Assembly (NCBI GenBank): GCA_002269645.1
Contig: NIVC01000438.1
Coordinates: 62,001 to 126,000, forward strand
Direction: 5' to 3'
Source: Macrostomum lignano
Taxonomy: Eukaryota
DNA length: 64,000 nucleotides
The notes beneath the pieces are model-generated. The model made no database searches. It was not told the origin of the DNA and worked only from the letters and a program-made list of their open reading frames with translations. The position numbers were made by a program, and so were the translations under genes. The number at the start of each line of letters is the position of its first letter. The first letter of the stretch is position 1. This document shows, piece after piece, positions 34,573 to 46,444 of the stretch.

Positions 34573-35202
34573 ACACTTTTGCACTACATTGACGTCAAGT
34601 GCAAGGTGAGACGTCACAGGACAAGTGTCCATACAGGTGCACTGTAAATAAAAAGTAGCCGAAAAAGTAGCCTGAAGGGTGCCGGTTGTAAGTAGCCGGA
34701 TAGGTGCCGAAAGTGTCCAATTTTCGGCGCCTTTTTCAATATTAGGGTGCCGCAAGCGGCTAATTCTAGGCTTTAAAAAGTGCCGCATGCAGCCACTTTT
34801 AGGTTAAAAAAGTAACCGCTTGTGACACTTTTTTGTAGAAAAGGGCGCCGAAAATTAGACACTTTCGGCACCTATCCGACTAATTACAACCGGCACCCTT
34901 TAGGCCACTTTTTGATGATTAAAATATGGCCCTTCCAAGAACTTACTCCTTCAATATCCTGAGCGTTTCAACTAACCAGCTTTCTTTCGGTCATTTGATG
35001 TATGTAGTTGGTTAGTTAGTTAATAATAGTGAAAAAAAATCATTCAGTGGCAAATCTTGAGTGCATAATTTTTAAGGTTTGAAAAAAATAATGTAATTTT
35101 GAAGTTAAGCATATATTTAAAATTAGACACTGTTTTCAGCAAATTGGGTTAGCTAGTAGCATGAAAAATTGCACAGAGAGCATGTTTAGCACCTTAAAAG
35201 AG

Positions 35203-35541
35203 TCAAGCAATGAAAATAAGAAATAGTACTTTAATTTTAGTCAGTGAACAACAAGGTTTAGCTAGTAGCATGAAAAATTGCACAGAGAGCATGTTTAGCA
35301 TGTTTAGGAAGACCTGGCTGCTTGGATTATCGGCAGTGATTGCTTTCCAAGTGTCAGAATCTGCAATTTCGAAGCCATCCTCTGTGCAAACAAGTGGGCT
35401 TGGCACATTGCTGATTCCTAGGGCTGTACATCCAGCAGTTACAAAATTGTCAAAGTCAGAATTTTGCAGGTTGATCAGAACTTTCTTCTCCTTTCCAACT
35501 GCAGAAATTTTGTACAATGGCATGAATTCAGCTGCGGGCAT
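35203..35541 (-). CDS. EnSpm accessory ORF fragment with CIDE-N/ubiquitin-like fold resemblance
   Basis: KEKKVLINLQNSDFDNFVTAGCTALGISNVPSPLVCTEDGFEIADSDTW resembles the LVLEEDGTxV pattern of CIDE-N. A ~45-bp internal duplication (35150/35258) suggests rearrangement. Confidence 0.4.
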   Translation of the reverse strand: MPAAEFMPLYKISAVGKEKKVLINLQNSDFDNFVTAGCTALGISNVPSPLVCTEDGFEIADSDTWKAITADNPSSQVFLNMLNMLSVQFFMLLAKPCCSLTKIKVLFLIFIA

Positions 35542-35947
35542 TAATAATAAAATTTTGAAGTGATTAATTTCAGAGTTCAGACATTACTTAGACATTGGAC
35601 ATTAAGTAGACATTATATTGAAACAATAGTCTTAGGTCTTTCTTAGGAATTGTGGCCAGCAGTTTTTTAAGATTTTTCTTATAACAAATTCATAATCTTG
35701 CTATATATCAAAACCATGATTCAATGCATATTCTTTTTCCACATTTAAAAACATAGTTTTAAGATTATGGACACTGATTAGAAGGGCAAAAAGGAAGATA
35801 AAATAGCATAGTGTTTACCTGCAATTATGTCTACAAATACTGGTGGATAGAGAAATTTGTGTACTGGATCAATAATATTAACTTGTGATGTTGGTTTACA
35901 ATAAAAAGTAAAGTATGATGGCAAAAAAATGGAATTGTAATTTTTTG

Positions 35948-38461
35948 TTACCAAAAGCCACTTGCCCTTAATGCAAGTGATGATAGGGTTAGATCATAGC
36001 AATCATCAAAGTCTTGATGTTTACTTTGAAAAATAATCATTGACTTGTACTTAGTTGGAGCTTTAAACTCTAATGACCCTATTTTTAAACTACTTGCTAC
36101 AATACAATCCTTAGGCATATCATTTATACTAGGCAACTGCAAATAACTAGCAATGGTTTCGATTGTTTGAAAATCAAAAAGATTAACAAGTGATACTTGC
36201 TGTAAATTTGAAGCCAATGGAACATCAAATTCAACAGTAGACATTGTAATAGCTTGATGCAGTTGAAACCTTTGTGCTGCTGTTGCACATACATTTTTAA
36301 AGCAACGTACTATAGGTATTATTTTTTTAAAGTACTGATGGATTGACTCAAATCTCATTGTCCATGCTACTTTCAATCCATTATACATAGGGATTAGGTC
36401 TGGATAATGCAACATATAATGGAGTTTACATTTTTTGATAATTGATTGTTTGATACTTTGTATATTAGGTTATTATGTTCATTTATTAAGGTAGCAATAT
36501 AGTCTGAATTGTGTTCTTCTTCATCTAAAGTTGATAATAAAATGGCCAGAACTTCACAATGTATTAATAGAAGATTCATGATATCATACTTAATTGGATT
36601 ATTACTGGAAAGAACATAAGGCCCAAAATATAGAGGCATTCGATGGATAATGTGAATCATATCTGCTGCACAGAATGGCAATCTATTATTGTTGATGTGT
36701 GCTGGCAAAAGAGAAGGCATTGAGACAGGGAAAAGTTTGAAAAGCCTTTTGATATTATCAAAATTTAGGATTTTGTGCCTTAATAAGAATTTAATAGCAA
36801 GACAAGCAACGAAGTGTGATGTACCTTCTAGTAAATCATGAAAAAAATCTGGGGGGAAAAAGTAAGGCATGGTAACATATCCAAGACCATTGAATGGACA
36901 GTTTTGCTTAATTCCAGTTTGAATGCTAATGTCCCAGCTATCATCTCTACTTAAGTCATCATGCTTAGTTAGACAAAAATCAATGTCAGTAGCCTTTGCA
37001 ATACAAAATCTACATGCTTGGCCTGATACAAAATTTGTCCCAAGTCCAACAAGTGAATTAATTGATAGGTTGTCACCAGTACATAAACATGCAATAACTG
37101 GAACATTTATTTTTTCCCCATTTAAAGCTTCAAATGTAATTCCATAGTCATACAGATTATTCAATTCTTCAATCAAAGGAGAATATAGCTCTTCAAGGTT
37201 GAGGATATTATCTTGAATAATTTTATATTTTACTAAGCAAGCTAAAAAGAAACACTTTTCTTGAGATGCAATTTCCTTTGGCAGATTTAAAATTCGATAG
37301 TAAATTGCATAAATTTTATGCTTACACCTAGCTTTACCAATTGGGTTTGCCACTTCAAATTCATCTGTATATAGTGCAAGATAAATAGCATCTTTAGGGT
37401 CATTTTCAATTAATGGTTTGATATAATTTTCAAAGTATGGACTAGAAAAGAAAGGTGATTTTTCCTTTAATTCCCCAGTAAAAATCATAGATTGAAAATA
37501 TTTATTTTGTAAAACTGAAGAAATATTGCTTTTGATTGGAATATAAACAATACTATTCCTATTAAATAATGGTACTTCAATAGGTTCAACAAATTGATAA
37601 TGCCCTTTAATAAAACTTAATAACTGTGAATCACTTTCTAATATTTCAAGGCAAGTATCAAAGAATGATTCTAATTGCAAGAAATCTTGGACCCCTTGGA
37701 TGGTTTTATTTGGAATACCTTTTTCTTTCAGGAATTGACAAATGGTTGATAGATATAATATACTAAAGGAAGAAAAAATGCCTTTTACTTGTAAACTTAA
37801 TGACCTTGCTGTACTATTTGGTAAGCTGAAATAATCTCTAGCTTGAAAATAAAACTTTGCCATGTTGCAACCACTGTTTGATTTTAACTTTTCTTTCAAT
37901 TCCCATGCAGATGATTCTGGCCTGGCTAGTGCTAACATAGAAACAGGAGGCCTAACTAGGTTTGATAAATCTCTAGACCCTTCTTGGTTTTTAAATTCAG
38001 CATGTACAAGCTGGTTTTGCTCAATGTCAATAGGCATATTTATTGTAGAAGATCCAGTCAGTAAGTGTTCATTCATATGCATATCATTGGCACTGGCTTG
38101 ATTGCTAGGGCCTAGGACTTATGTCTGTAACATCAAATTGAAATGGCTCAGTTAAGCTTTGACTTAGGATAGTATCACTGTGGAACCTAGAAATATGCTT
38201 GATAGTGGCTTCTTTCGAGGATGAAAATACAAAACAATTCTGTAATGGACACTGAAACTTCAGTTGAATTTCAGCTGACCTAGTGGACAAGAGAGGACAA
38301 TAATGGCGATAATGCTTTAAAAACTGGGATAAAGAAGTGCTCTTACAACCACATTTACATGTGAACATGGACAAGGAGTTATGACTTGCCATCATAAAAA
38401 AAATGAAGCCAAAGTAAAGCTTAATAGCTTTGGAACTATACAAGTAAAATTCAGGAGCCAT
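35948..38461 (-). pseudogene. EnSpm transposase with N-terminal C2H2 fingers, split by two 1-nt frameshifts
   Basis: ORFs 38461-38105 (two C2H2-like fingers), 38082-36394 (LYTDEFEVANPIG..HK, GDNL, CRFC, DFFHDLLEG) and 36415-35948 (KLHYMLHYP..WTMRFES.HQYFK). Shifts at ~38107 and at the T6 run 36431-36436. Confidence 0.85.
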
Positions 38462-39731
38462 TGATTACAGTACAGTACAGGCAAAAATTAAAACGATAAG
38501 GATGGCTTACTAAATATTAGGACAGAAATAAAAACTATCAGTAGCTAAAATACAAAGTTTCTACAAAGAGCAACGAGACAGTCAGACACTGTTATTCACA
38601 AAGAAATAATTGTAGCAAGTTAGTTGTCTGAAACTGAAAACGAATATTCGACAAATTTGACAATTAGGAGATTTTAAGCATGCAATAATCACTCTGCTCA
38701 AGCAAAAGTGTTTGATTTTTAAAAAGAAATCATTATAAGAAAACATACAAGCATCTTTTTTCAATTATAAAACTATCAAGCTTCAAGTTATTTATATGCT
38801 ATTCATAAAGCACATGCATTTAGAAACTTTGCTTTACAGACTTTTGTAAATGAATTCCAATCTTAAGTATAGGTACTTTGTACGTTGTACAACTGGCTAC
38901 TTTTTAATTATGCAGCTCCCATGGCTTTGTCAGGATTCCCTGCGGATTTTTTCAGTATGAAAAATACCTAGCAGGTTGCAGATAATGAAAACTAAATATA
39001 TGTAACTATTTTTGAAGTGATTTAAGAAATTCAACAACCGGCTACTAAAGACTATTTTACAACCGGCTACTTCTGCGGCCACTTTTAATTTACAGTGTGG
39101 TCGAACTGCAATCCAAGATATACGGCTACAAAAACATGAAAATGAAGCAGTGTTACAATTACAATCTATCTATATGTACATGTACCAGCCTGAAACTTTA
39201 ACCTATACCGGCCACCAAGATAAAGGATACAAAAATAAAAATAGGTCACTGCAAAACTCAAAACGTATTTTTTTAAATTGTTTTTTAGACAGTTAATTAT
39301 AATTATAGCCAACGGTGTCGAAACATATTTCAAAGTGGGGGGGGGGCTATTGGAGGGAGGGCACATTGCACATGATTTTTTGTCATCTAAGGGCACCCTA
39401 ACTCCTGCTTGCGACACTAATTGTGACAACCAGGCCAATATTCAATTCTGTGGGAAGTAGCCAAGTCAGAAAAATGTTCGAATTTTTAACTACTTCAAAC
39501 ATTGCGCAACTGCGCTGCACTATTAATTTATTTAGTGATATCTCAAATGAATGAAAATTGCCAGGGCAATTAACTGCCTCCTTCAGTTCCTCTTGGCGCT
39601 GTCTCTATTCTTTTATCTGACGGCATTTTAGTGCTTTTAGTTGCAGCGCCAGCAGCGGTTTAAATCTTGGGATTGCGGCGGACTCGGAATTTCGATCAGA
39701 GTTGCCAAAGTAAAAGGGCTGAATACTAAAA

Positions 39732-40544
39732 CAGGGGTTGGCAAACTCCGGCCTGAGGGCCAAATGTGGCCCGCAAAGCCTCTCTATCCGGCCCTTGGGT
39801 CCTTTGAATCTTCACAATAGCAATCCGGCCCGCTCGATGTTTTTGTCTTCTCAGCTCTCTTGTCTCATATTCTCTCATGTCCTGTCCTCTCCTCTCCTCT
39901 CCTCTACTCTCCTCTCCTTTCCTCTCCTCTCCTCTCCTCTCCTCTCCTCTCCTCTCCTCTCTTATGTCCTCTCATCTCCTCACCTATCTCCTCTCCTCTC
40001 CTCTCTCTCTCTCTCCTTTCCTCTCCTCTCCTCTCCTCTCCTCTCTCCTCTCCTCTCTCCTCTCCTCTCATCTCACCTCTCTCCACTTCTCTTATCTCCT
40101 CACCTCTCTCCTCTCCTCTCATCTCAACTCTATCCTCTCCTCTCATCTCCTCACCTCTCTTTCATCTCCCGTTTCCTCTCCATTCTCTTCTCCTTTCCTT
40201 CCTCTCTCCTCTCCTTACCTCCTCTCTCTTATATTTCGACTCTCCTCTCCTCATACATCTCGCCTCTCCTCTCTCCTCTCCTATTTTATCTCTCTTCTCG
40301 TCTACTCTCTTCTCCTTTATTCTTTCGCCCCTCCTTTCTCCTGCTCTCGTATTTCTCCTGCTCTCGTATTTCTCTTTCTCGTATTTCTCTATTTCTATCC
40401 TCTCTCCATATAGCCCGCAGTCATCAGGGACTCCTGGACGTACGCGCGTTTCGCTTAGGGGGCCCAGCGAAGCGGACCCAGAAAGGCAGTCATTGCGCTA
40501 GGTTCTCAATCTGGCCCTTCAGGTAAAAGGTTTGCTGACCCCTG
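39732..40544. mobile_element. Non-autonomous hAT-type element with internal (CTCTC)n tract (39880-40400)
   Basis: TIRs CAGGGGTTGGCAAACT / AGGTTTGCTGACCCCTG; 8-bp flanks TACTAAAA / CACTGAAA (6/8). Confidence 0.75.
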
Positions 40545-41699
40545 CACTGAAAGCACTAGGCTTAGACACATTTTGATAAAAACTGCAGTGGAATGGGATT
40601 GAGAACAACATGAACTATTATATCAGCTGGTACCCTTAGCTTCCAAGACTCAGAAAAGCCAAAGCCGAAAACCGGCCGACACTTGCTTGAAATTCAAAAA
40701 GGGCACTTGCAGGATCATGCTAAAGTGGGGGGCGGGGGCTTCCAGCCTCCCATGCCACCCCCCCCCCGGTTCCGACACCCCTAGTTATACATGTAGCTCG
40801 TACAAAAGCTTTCTTTACCTGAGCACTATTTGGTTGCCAGGATTGGATACAACAGACAGGCAAAGTTTAACAGTGGGATTATAAATTCCGAAAATTTACA
40901 GCAAGTCAAACACACTGATCGTACCCGCGCTAATGTCGAAATGTCAAGTCTGGTTAGAAAGATTTAATACTCAAAGTTTCCGGAACGTCCATGCTCTCGC
41001 CTAACATGAGAGACTTAGCCCCCGCGGATATCAATTTTGTATCCTACATGTACATTCGAGTTTTACATGTATTTGTTGAGCTTTTCTATACACCACAGTA
41101 TATGCGTAATATAATTAGAGTCACGACTGTGAATACGTGTACTACATGGTCACCTACAATAAGTTCAATATTTGCTACATAACTCTGGTCAACCCTTACC
41201 TCGTAGTCAATGTAACCATTTTCAGTCTTAGACGTGCAAAGGATACTCTAATGGCAGTACCGCACAATCACCCCCGTAAAAATTGGGCTTCTCCAATAAC
41301 CTATTGAAAGCTGAGGTAACCATGCAGCTCAATTTGAATGACGAGCTCAACTTTTGGCAATCTCTGGCACGCTATACTACAAATATACTCCTATAGGAGA
41401 CCGGGGTTGCCTACCAAGAGACGGTGGCACCCTCCAACGGACAGGGCCTGATACTTATACTGGATAGGAGAAGACCCTCCAATCAAATTTGCTCCGTTCG
41501 GGTGCAAAAAATATCCTTGCAGCACAATACAGATTTTTATGCACAGCTCAAAGTTTGTTGGCCTCCGGGAGTTACTTACAAGTAGGAAGTGTGGAATACA
41601 TACAGAAAAATGCGACTGAGTTTACCAATATACTTAGTAATCTGTCGCAGCCATAGCGGTTTGAGTTGGTCATGATAATAGATTGTCCGTGGTTCTTAC

Positions 41700-42260
41700 T
41701 GACTGTTCATGACGCCCACTGACTGTTCATGATCCCCACTGACTGTTTATGTTTATGATCCCCACCGAGTGTTTATGATCCCCACTGACTGTTCATGATC
41801 CCTACCGACTGTTCATAATCCCCACCGACTGTTCATGATCCCTACCGACTGTTCATAATCCCCACCGACTGTTCATGATCCCTACCGACTGTTCATAATC
41901 CCCACCGACTGTTCATGATCCCTACCGACTGTTCATAATCCCCACCGACTGTTCATGATCCCTACCGACTGTTCATAATCCCCACCGACTGTTCATGATC
42001 CCTACCGACTGTTCATAATCCCCACCGACTGTTCATGATCCCTACCGACTGTTCATAATCCCCACCGACTGTTCATGATCCCTACCGACTGTTCATAATC
42101 CCCACCGACTGTTCATGATCCCTACCGACTGTTCATAATCCCCACCGACTGTTCATGATCCCTACCGACTGTTCATAATCCCCACCGACTGTTCATAATC
42201 CCCACTGACTGTTCATGATCCCCACTGACTATTCACGATCCCTAGTGACTATTCAGAATT
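41700..42260. repeat. 20-bp minisatellite with 40-bp dimer (CCCACCGACTGTTCATGATC CCTACCGACTGTTCATAATC)n
   Basis: Direct inspection; degenerate copies continue to ~42380. Confidence 0.95.
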
Positions 42261-44685
42261 CCCATTACCACCATTAATGATCCCTACGGACTATTCATGA
42301 TTCCCATTATCACTGACTATTTATGAATCACATTACCACAGACTATTCTGATCACCACAGACTGTTCATGATTCCTAATATTAGTATATTAGTTCATAAT
42401 TTCTCGCTGATGCGTTGTGCTTTTAGTTTTAACGATTGGTATTAAATAAAACAAAGGGTAAAGCGACAAACAAGACTGCAAGAAATTCAATTACTTCAGT
42501 AAGCTGGTGGTTAGAGTCTTGAAAAAGGCTGATTTTTAACAGAATTTTGACGTGTATATTTTGCTTGCTATTTTTAGCTTGAATAATAAAGGAAAAAACA
42601 CAGTTGAAAGCTGAAACAAAAAATTGGACATACAGAAGTACGGATGGCCTGGTCGGTAGTTCTACTGGTGTAAAATACTAGCATAGCAATTGCGTGCAAG
42701 AGAATATTGAGTACAGGTACGAAAGATATTGCTGCGGTTTTTATTCGACATTAGAGATTTAAAAAATAATCAACATTAATTAAACGATTACGCGGTCCGT
42801 TGCGGGTAAACAGAAACAAAAAAACAGACTGCTTGGCAACTACATAATTATTATACTTTTGATGGATTTAGAAGAAAAACTAATTAAAATGGTAGTAGTA
42901 GAGGTGCGAGCGAGAACTCCGACCGAGGCAGCTAATTAGCAGCGAAGTAAATATTTTTAACGACTGTGCTCAAACGCAGAAATAGGAATAATAATAAGTA
43001 AAGTTGACGATACATAAACAGCTGAGAGCTCGAAGTCATCAATAATGCGCCGCGCACACAAACCTATTGAAAGACGCTAAAAGTACAAGTACATTAAACA
43101 GTTACCTAGCCTGTTATTAATAATGAATACAGAATAATCAATTCCGCTGAAACAGTACTGAATTTTACAGCAAAGCGTTCGAGAGGCCGGCACAGACCAA
43201 TAGATATATAAACTACCCAAAAGCAAGCGAAGCCGGGCAAAAAGTGCCCTGAAAGTGTTCTTTTCAGTAAAAAAATGTACAAACAACAATCAAAAAAAGA
43301 ATTAACCAGCAAATTTTTTCGCAAGCAAGGGCAGCAGAAAGTCTGGCTCATCGAATCGATCTCTCTCTGTCTCCATAGAAACACGCTTTCAATCAGGTGG
43401 GAAAGCGGAACTAACTAATAAGAATTATATAACAAAAATAAGTAGGATTTCGTAGAATATAATAACTGCGATACGATAAATTTCCAGGTACAGTAGGTAG
43501 GTAAAGGAAAGATACGGTAAGAGAATTATTACACAGACGAATAATAATAAAACCAAGTGAAAATGCAATAAAAACAATTACAATAAGTACATTAAAGATA
43601 ATTTTATTAGGCAGCGGCACAGACGCATCACAAGACTTGAGACAGGAGCTGATTAATTTTGGTTTACTTCTAGTTCAATATTGGCTAAATTAATTTAGTT
43701 AAATAATTAATTTTGTACTTCAGTTAACCTCTGAATAACAACAGTAAACGAGAAATAGGCGAAGTCACAACACAGAGTGGATAATGATAGTAATAATAGT
43801 AATAATAGGACAGAAAAAGTGTCTCTTGAACTTCTGTCTGTGTGTGAGTCGATATAAAAACAGCGCTTTTTTCGGAAAAAGAAACCGAGCCGAACACAAC
43901 AAGTTAGGAAAGCAAGGAAAAATAAACAAAGTATAGACACTAGACTGAAAAAATATGAATTATTAACGGGAGATTAATGAATTACGAGAGACGATTAGAA
44001 AAATACGAACCCAAACTAATATCGAGGATTGAAACACTACGCACTAAGCTGAAAGAAATACCAATAAAAATACAAGTAAAATATGAAGGAGACGAGGAAG
44101 AAGACTTATTATATTGCTTACATCCTACTTGAAATAAAGTTGTCAGTAGTATACGAGCATATAGAGAGGCTTAATAATTCTATAAAAAGCTTATTTACAA
44201 CAGCAGGGAAACAAGCGCAGAGAGAGGTGGGGGAGAGAGAACAAAAATGCAAAGCCGAAGCTTAATAAGAGTACGGGGAACGAAGAGAAATATTATTTTA
44301 ATAATCCTGACAATGAATTGGCATGGCAGAGGAACTGGCGGGACAATGCAGAGAGAACAAAAAAAACGCGGCTTAAAATGATTTTTCACACTCTCTCTCT
44401 TTCTCTATTTCATCAATCAAAAAGACGGATAAAATAGCGAGATAAACATATATAGAGAGACATGAAGATGGCAATACAGACAGACTGACAAGAAAGACCA
44501 GCTATTACAGCAACTTTGTGCAGTCAGTAGTTAGTATATACGTCGCATCTTGAAGACATCTCTAAGCTGTAAGAATACGCCAACATTAGTCATATCCTAC
44601 CCCCGGTGTTCGGTACAGAAGTGACTGATTAAAACAGTGACAAGATGGTTAGAGATTGGAAACAAAAATATAGATGCATATAACT

Positions 44686-44816
44686 CAGAAGTCGGCAAAT
44701 CTGAACCGGCCCGCTCAAAGATTGTCTCTTCTTAGCTCTCTTCTCTCGCCTCTTTTCTCTCCTCCCCTTCTGTGGCCCGCAGTCATGCTCTGGGTTTTTT
44801 ATGTTTGCCGACCCTG
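44686..44816. mobile_element. Short hAT MITE related to 39732-40544
   Basis: Ends CAGAAGTCGGCAAA / TTTGCCGACCCTG; shares GGCCCGCTC, a TC-rich core and GCCCGCAGTCAT; TSD ATATAACT / ATACAACT (7/8). Confidence 0.7.
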
Positions 44817-46039
44817 ATACAACTGATCATCAGCATAGGAATACGGTAAAAATGACATACACGGCATATACTACTTACAAAGATTTACTTATTGGTATAC
44901 GGTTGTGACGCGCTTGCAGATTACAATAATATATGAACCTAGCAAACTGATTGACAGGCTTAGCGTACTGAAGGACACTGTAGGCACCAGAGAGACAAAA
45001 AACACAAAAAGAGACGAGCCGCTACTTCAGCCCTGATTGCGGTTGTTGCAGGCATTAAAAGCAAGAAATATCAAGAAAGAAGAGAGAAAGAGAAGCTTGC
45101 TGAACTAAAATTCGATTATTACTTTAGGTTAGGATCTTTCACATGCGCATACAAAACTAAATGATTGAATTTGGGAAGATATGATGAATGAGAAGGCTTG
45201 TGTAGATTAGTTTGTTGTCTGTTTAAGAAACCGGTTGAGTCTGTTTCAGCAAAAAAACAACAATAACAATAATGAACAACACAAAAAAGTTGAAGGATGA
45301 GACGCCTGGCAGCGATCTGAGCTGATGATGATGGTTAAGCATGACGATGATTTCTATTGGATTGGAATTGGCGGTGTTCGGCAATAAATTTGCTATATAT
45401 CCTACTGTCAGTAGTATAATCCAGTAGTAAGTAGTCATCAATCGATTTTTCTAAGAAACAAAACAGAGAAAAATATTCCCGACCGACCGCCAGAATCCAA
45501 ATAAAAACACAAGCAAATTCCTCAATTCTTCTCGTGAACCCGGGTCACTGGAAGGTGACAGTTAAAAAAGAACCGAGAGATACGCGGCTTGTATATAAAA
45601 TAGATTTGACGCCATCGCAAAGGCGCCTGAGCTTCGCTACACAGTGAGTACAGTAAAGAAGAGAGTTCCAGATTATACAGAATCAGCAAAAATCGGTTGC
45701 CACAAAAAATGCGGCTTTATTGTTTTTTTTCTTCAGTCTCCGAATTACAGAAAAGACGGTTAAGAAGAAGAGATTAAAAAATACTCTTCGGTTTTTTTCT
45801 TAATAATAATAATAGCCAAATTGCAACTTGGATTTCTGAAGCAACACAAAACACAGACAGCACAGCTCGGAAGGACTGAAGCCTTGCCTCTCAAAACTAG
45901 TAAAGACTAAGAATGTTTAAATAAGAATAAATAAAAAATGGCAGGACAAAAAATAGATACGTATAGAAAAAACGCACACAGAAGAATTCTGTTGAAGCAC
46001 AAACCCGTGTTTCGTTTCTCCGCTGTTGTCTTGTCTACT

Positions 46040-46444
46040 TCAGGCCGATACGTTTAGCATTCGTTTCAGCGTCATGCTGGCCAAGTCGCATTGAATCTGC
46101 TGCATCTGCAATTGCTGCTGCTGCTGCTGTTGTTGTTGCTGTTGAGCAATCATAGCGTTGCACCAATCCATGGGTGGAACTGGAAGCTCCTCGGCTCTTG
46201 GCGGCTCGTGAACCCGACCGCCAGCCAGCTGTCTAGCTGGTGGCGAATATGCCATCTGGTGGTGCTGCTGCTGCTGCTGTTGCGGCGGTGTTCGACTGCG
46301 ACCCTTCGGGCTAGAACGCGATGACGCCTGCTTAGCGTAATATTGCAGCTGCTGCTGCTGCTGCTGATAATAATAGTACTGTGTACTGCTGCCATTGTAG
46401 CATTGCTGCTGCTGTTGCTTCTTGTTATTATTGTTGCTGCTCAT
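46040..46444 (-). CDS. PNRC: PNRC-family (proline-rich nuclear receptor coactivator / decapping cofactor)-like protein, polyQ-rich
   Basis: LAGGRVHEPPRAEELPVPPMDW aligns with the PNRC motif [22 protein letters not shown]. C-terminal SMTLKRMLNVSA resembles PNRC QLKTLLKV. ATG in AAAATG context at 46444 (alternative in-frame ATG 46471). Confidence 0.7.
   Translation of the reverse strand: MSSNNNNKKQQQQQCYNGSSTQYYYYQQQQQQLQYYAKQASSRSSPKGRSRTPPQQQQQQHHQMAYSPPARQLAGGRVHEPPRAEELPVPPMDWCNAMIAQQQQQQQQQQQLQMQQIQCDLASMTLKRMLNVSA

Larger units (their letters stand above)
34640..39097 (-). mobile_element. EnSpm/CACTA (CMC superfamily) DNA transposon, 4458 bp
   Basis: TIRs CACTGTAAATAAAAAGTAGCCG / reverse complement CACTGTAAATTAAAAGTGGCCG, 2-bp TG duplication, transposase inside. 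Confidence 0.9.

Noticed and set aside
95-34788. Recurrent antisense and alternate-frame ORFs over lectin exons (MERPAAPPTIRT..., QQAGLLPWPTQRV..., MHNILPTILVYT...)
   Set aside because: They are shadows of the conserved, GC-rich lectin coding frame; no independent motifs or splice support.
39738-40526. 262-aa Ser/Leu/Pro-rich ORF and antisense EERRG ORF
   Set aside because: Translation of a (CTCTC)n tract inside a hAT MITE.
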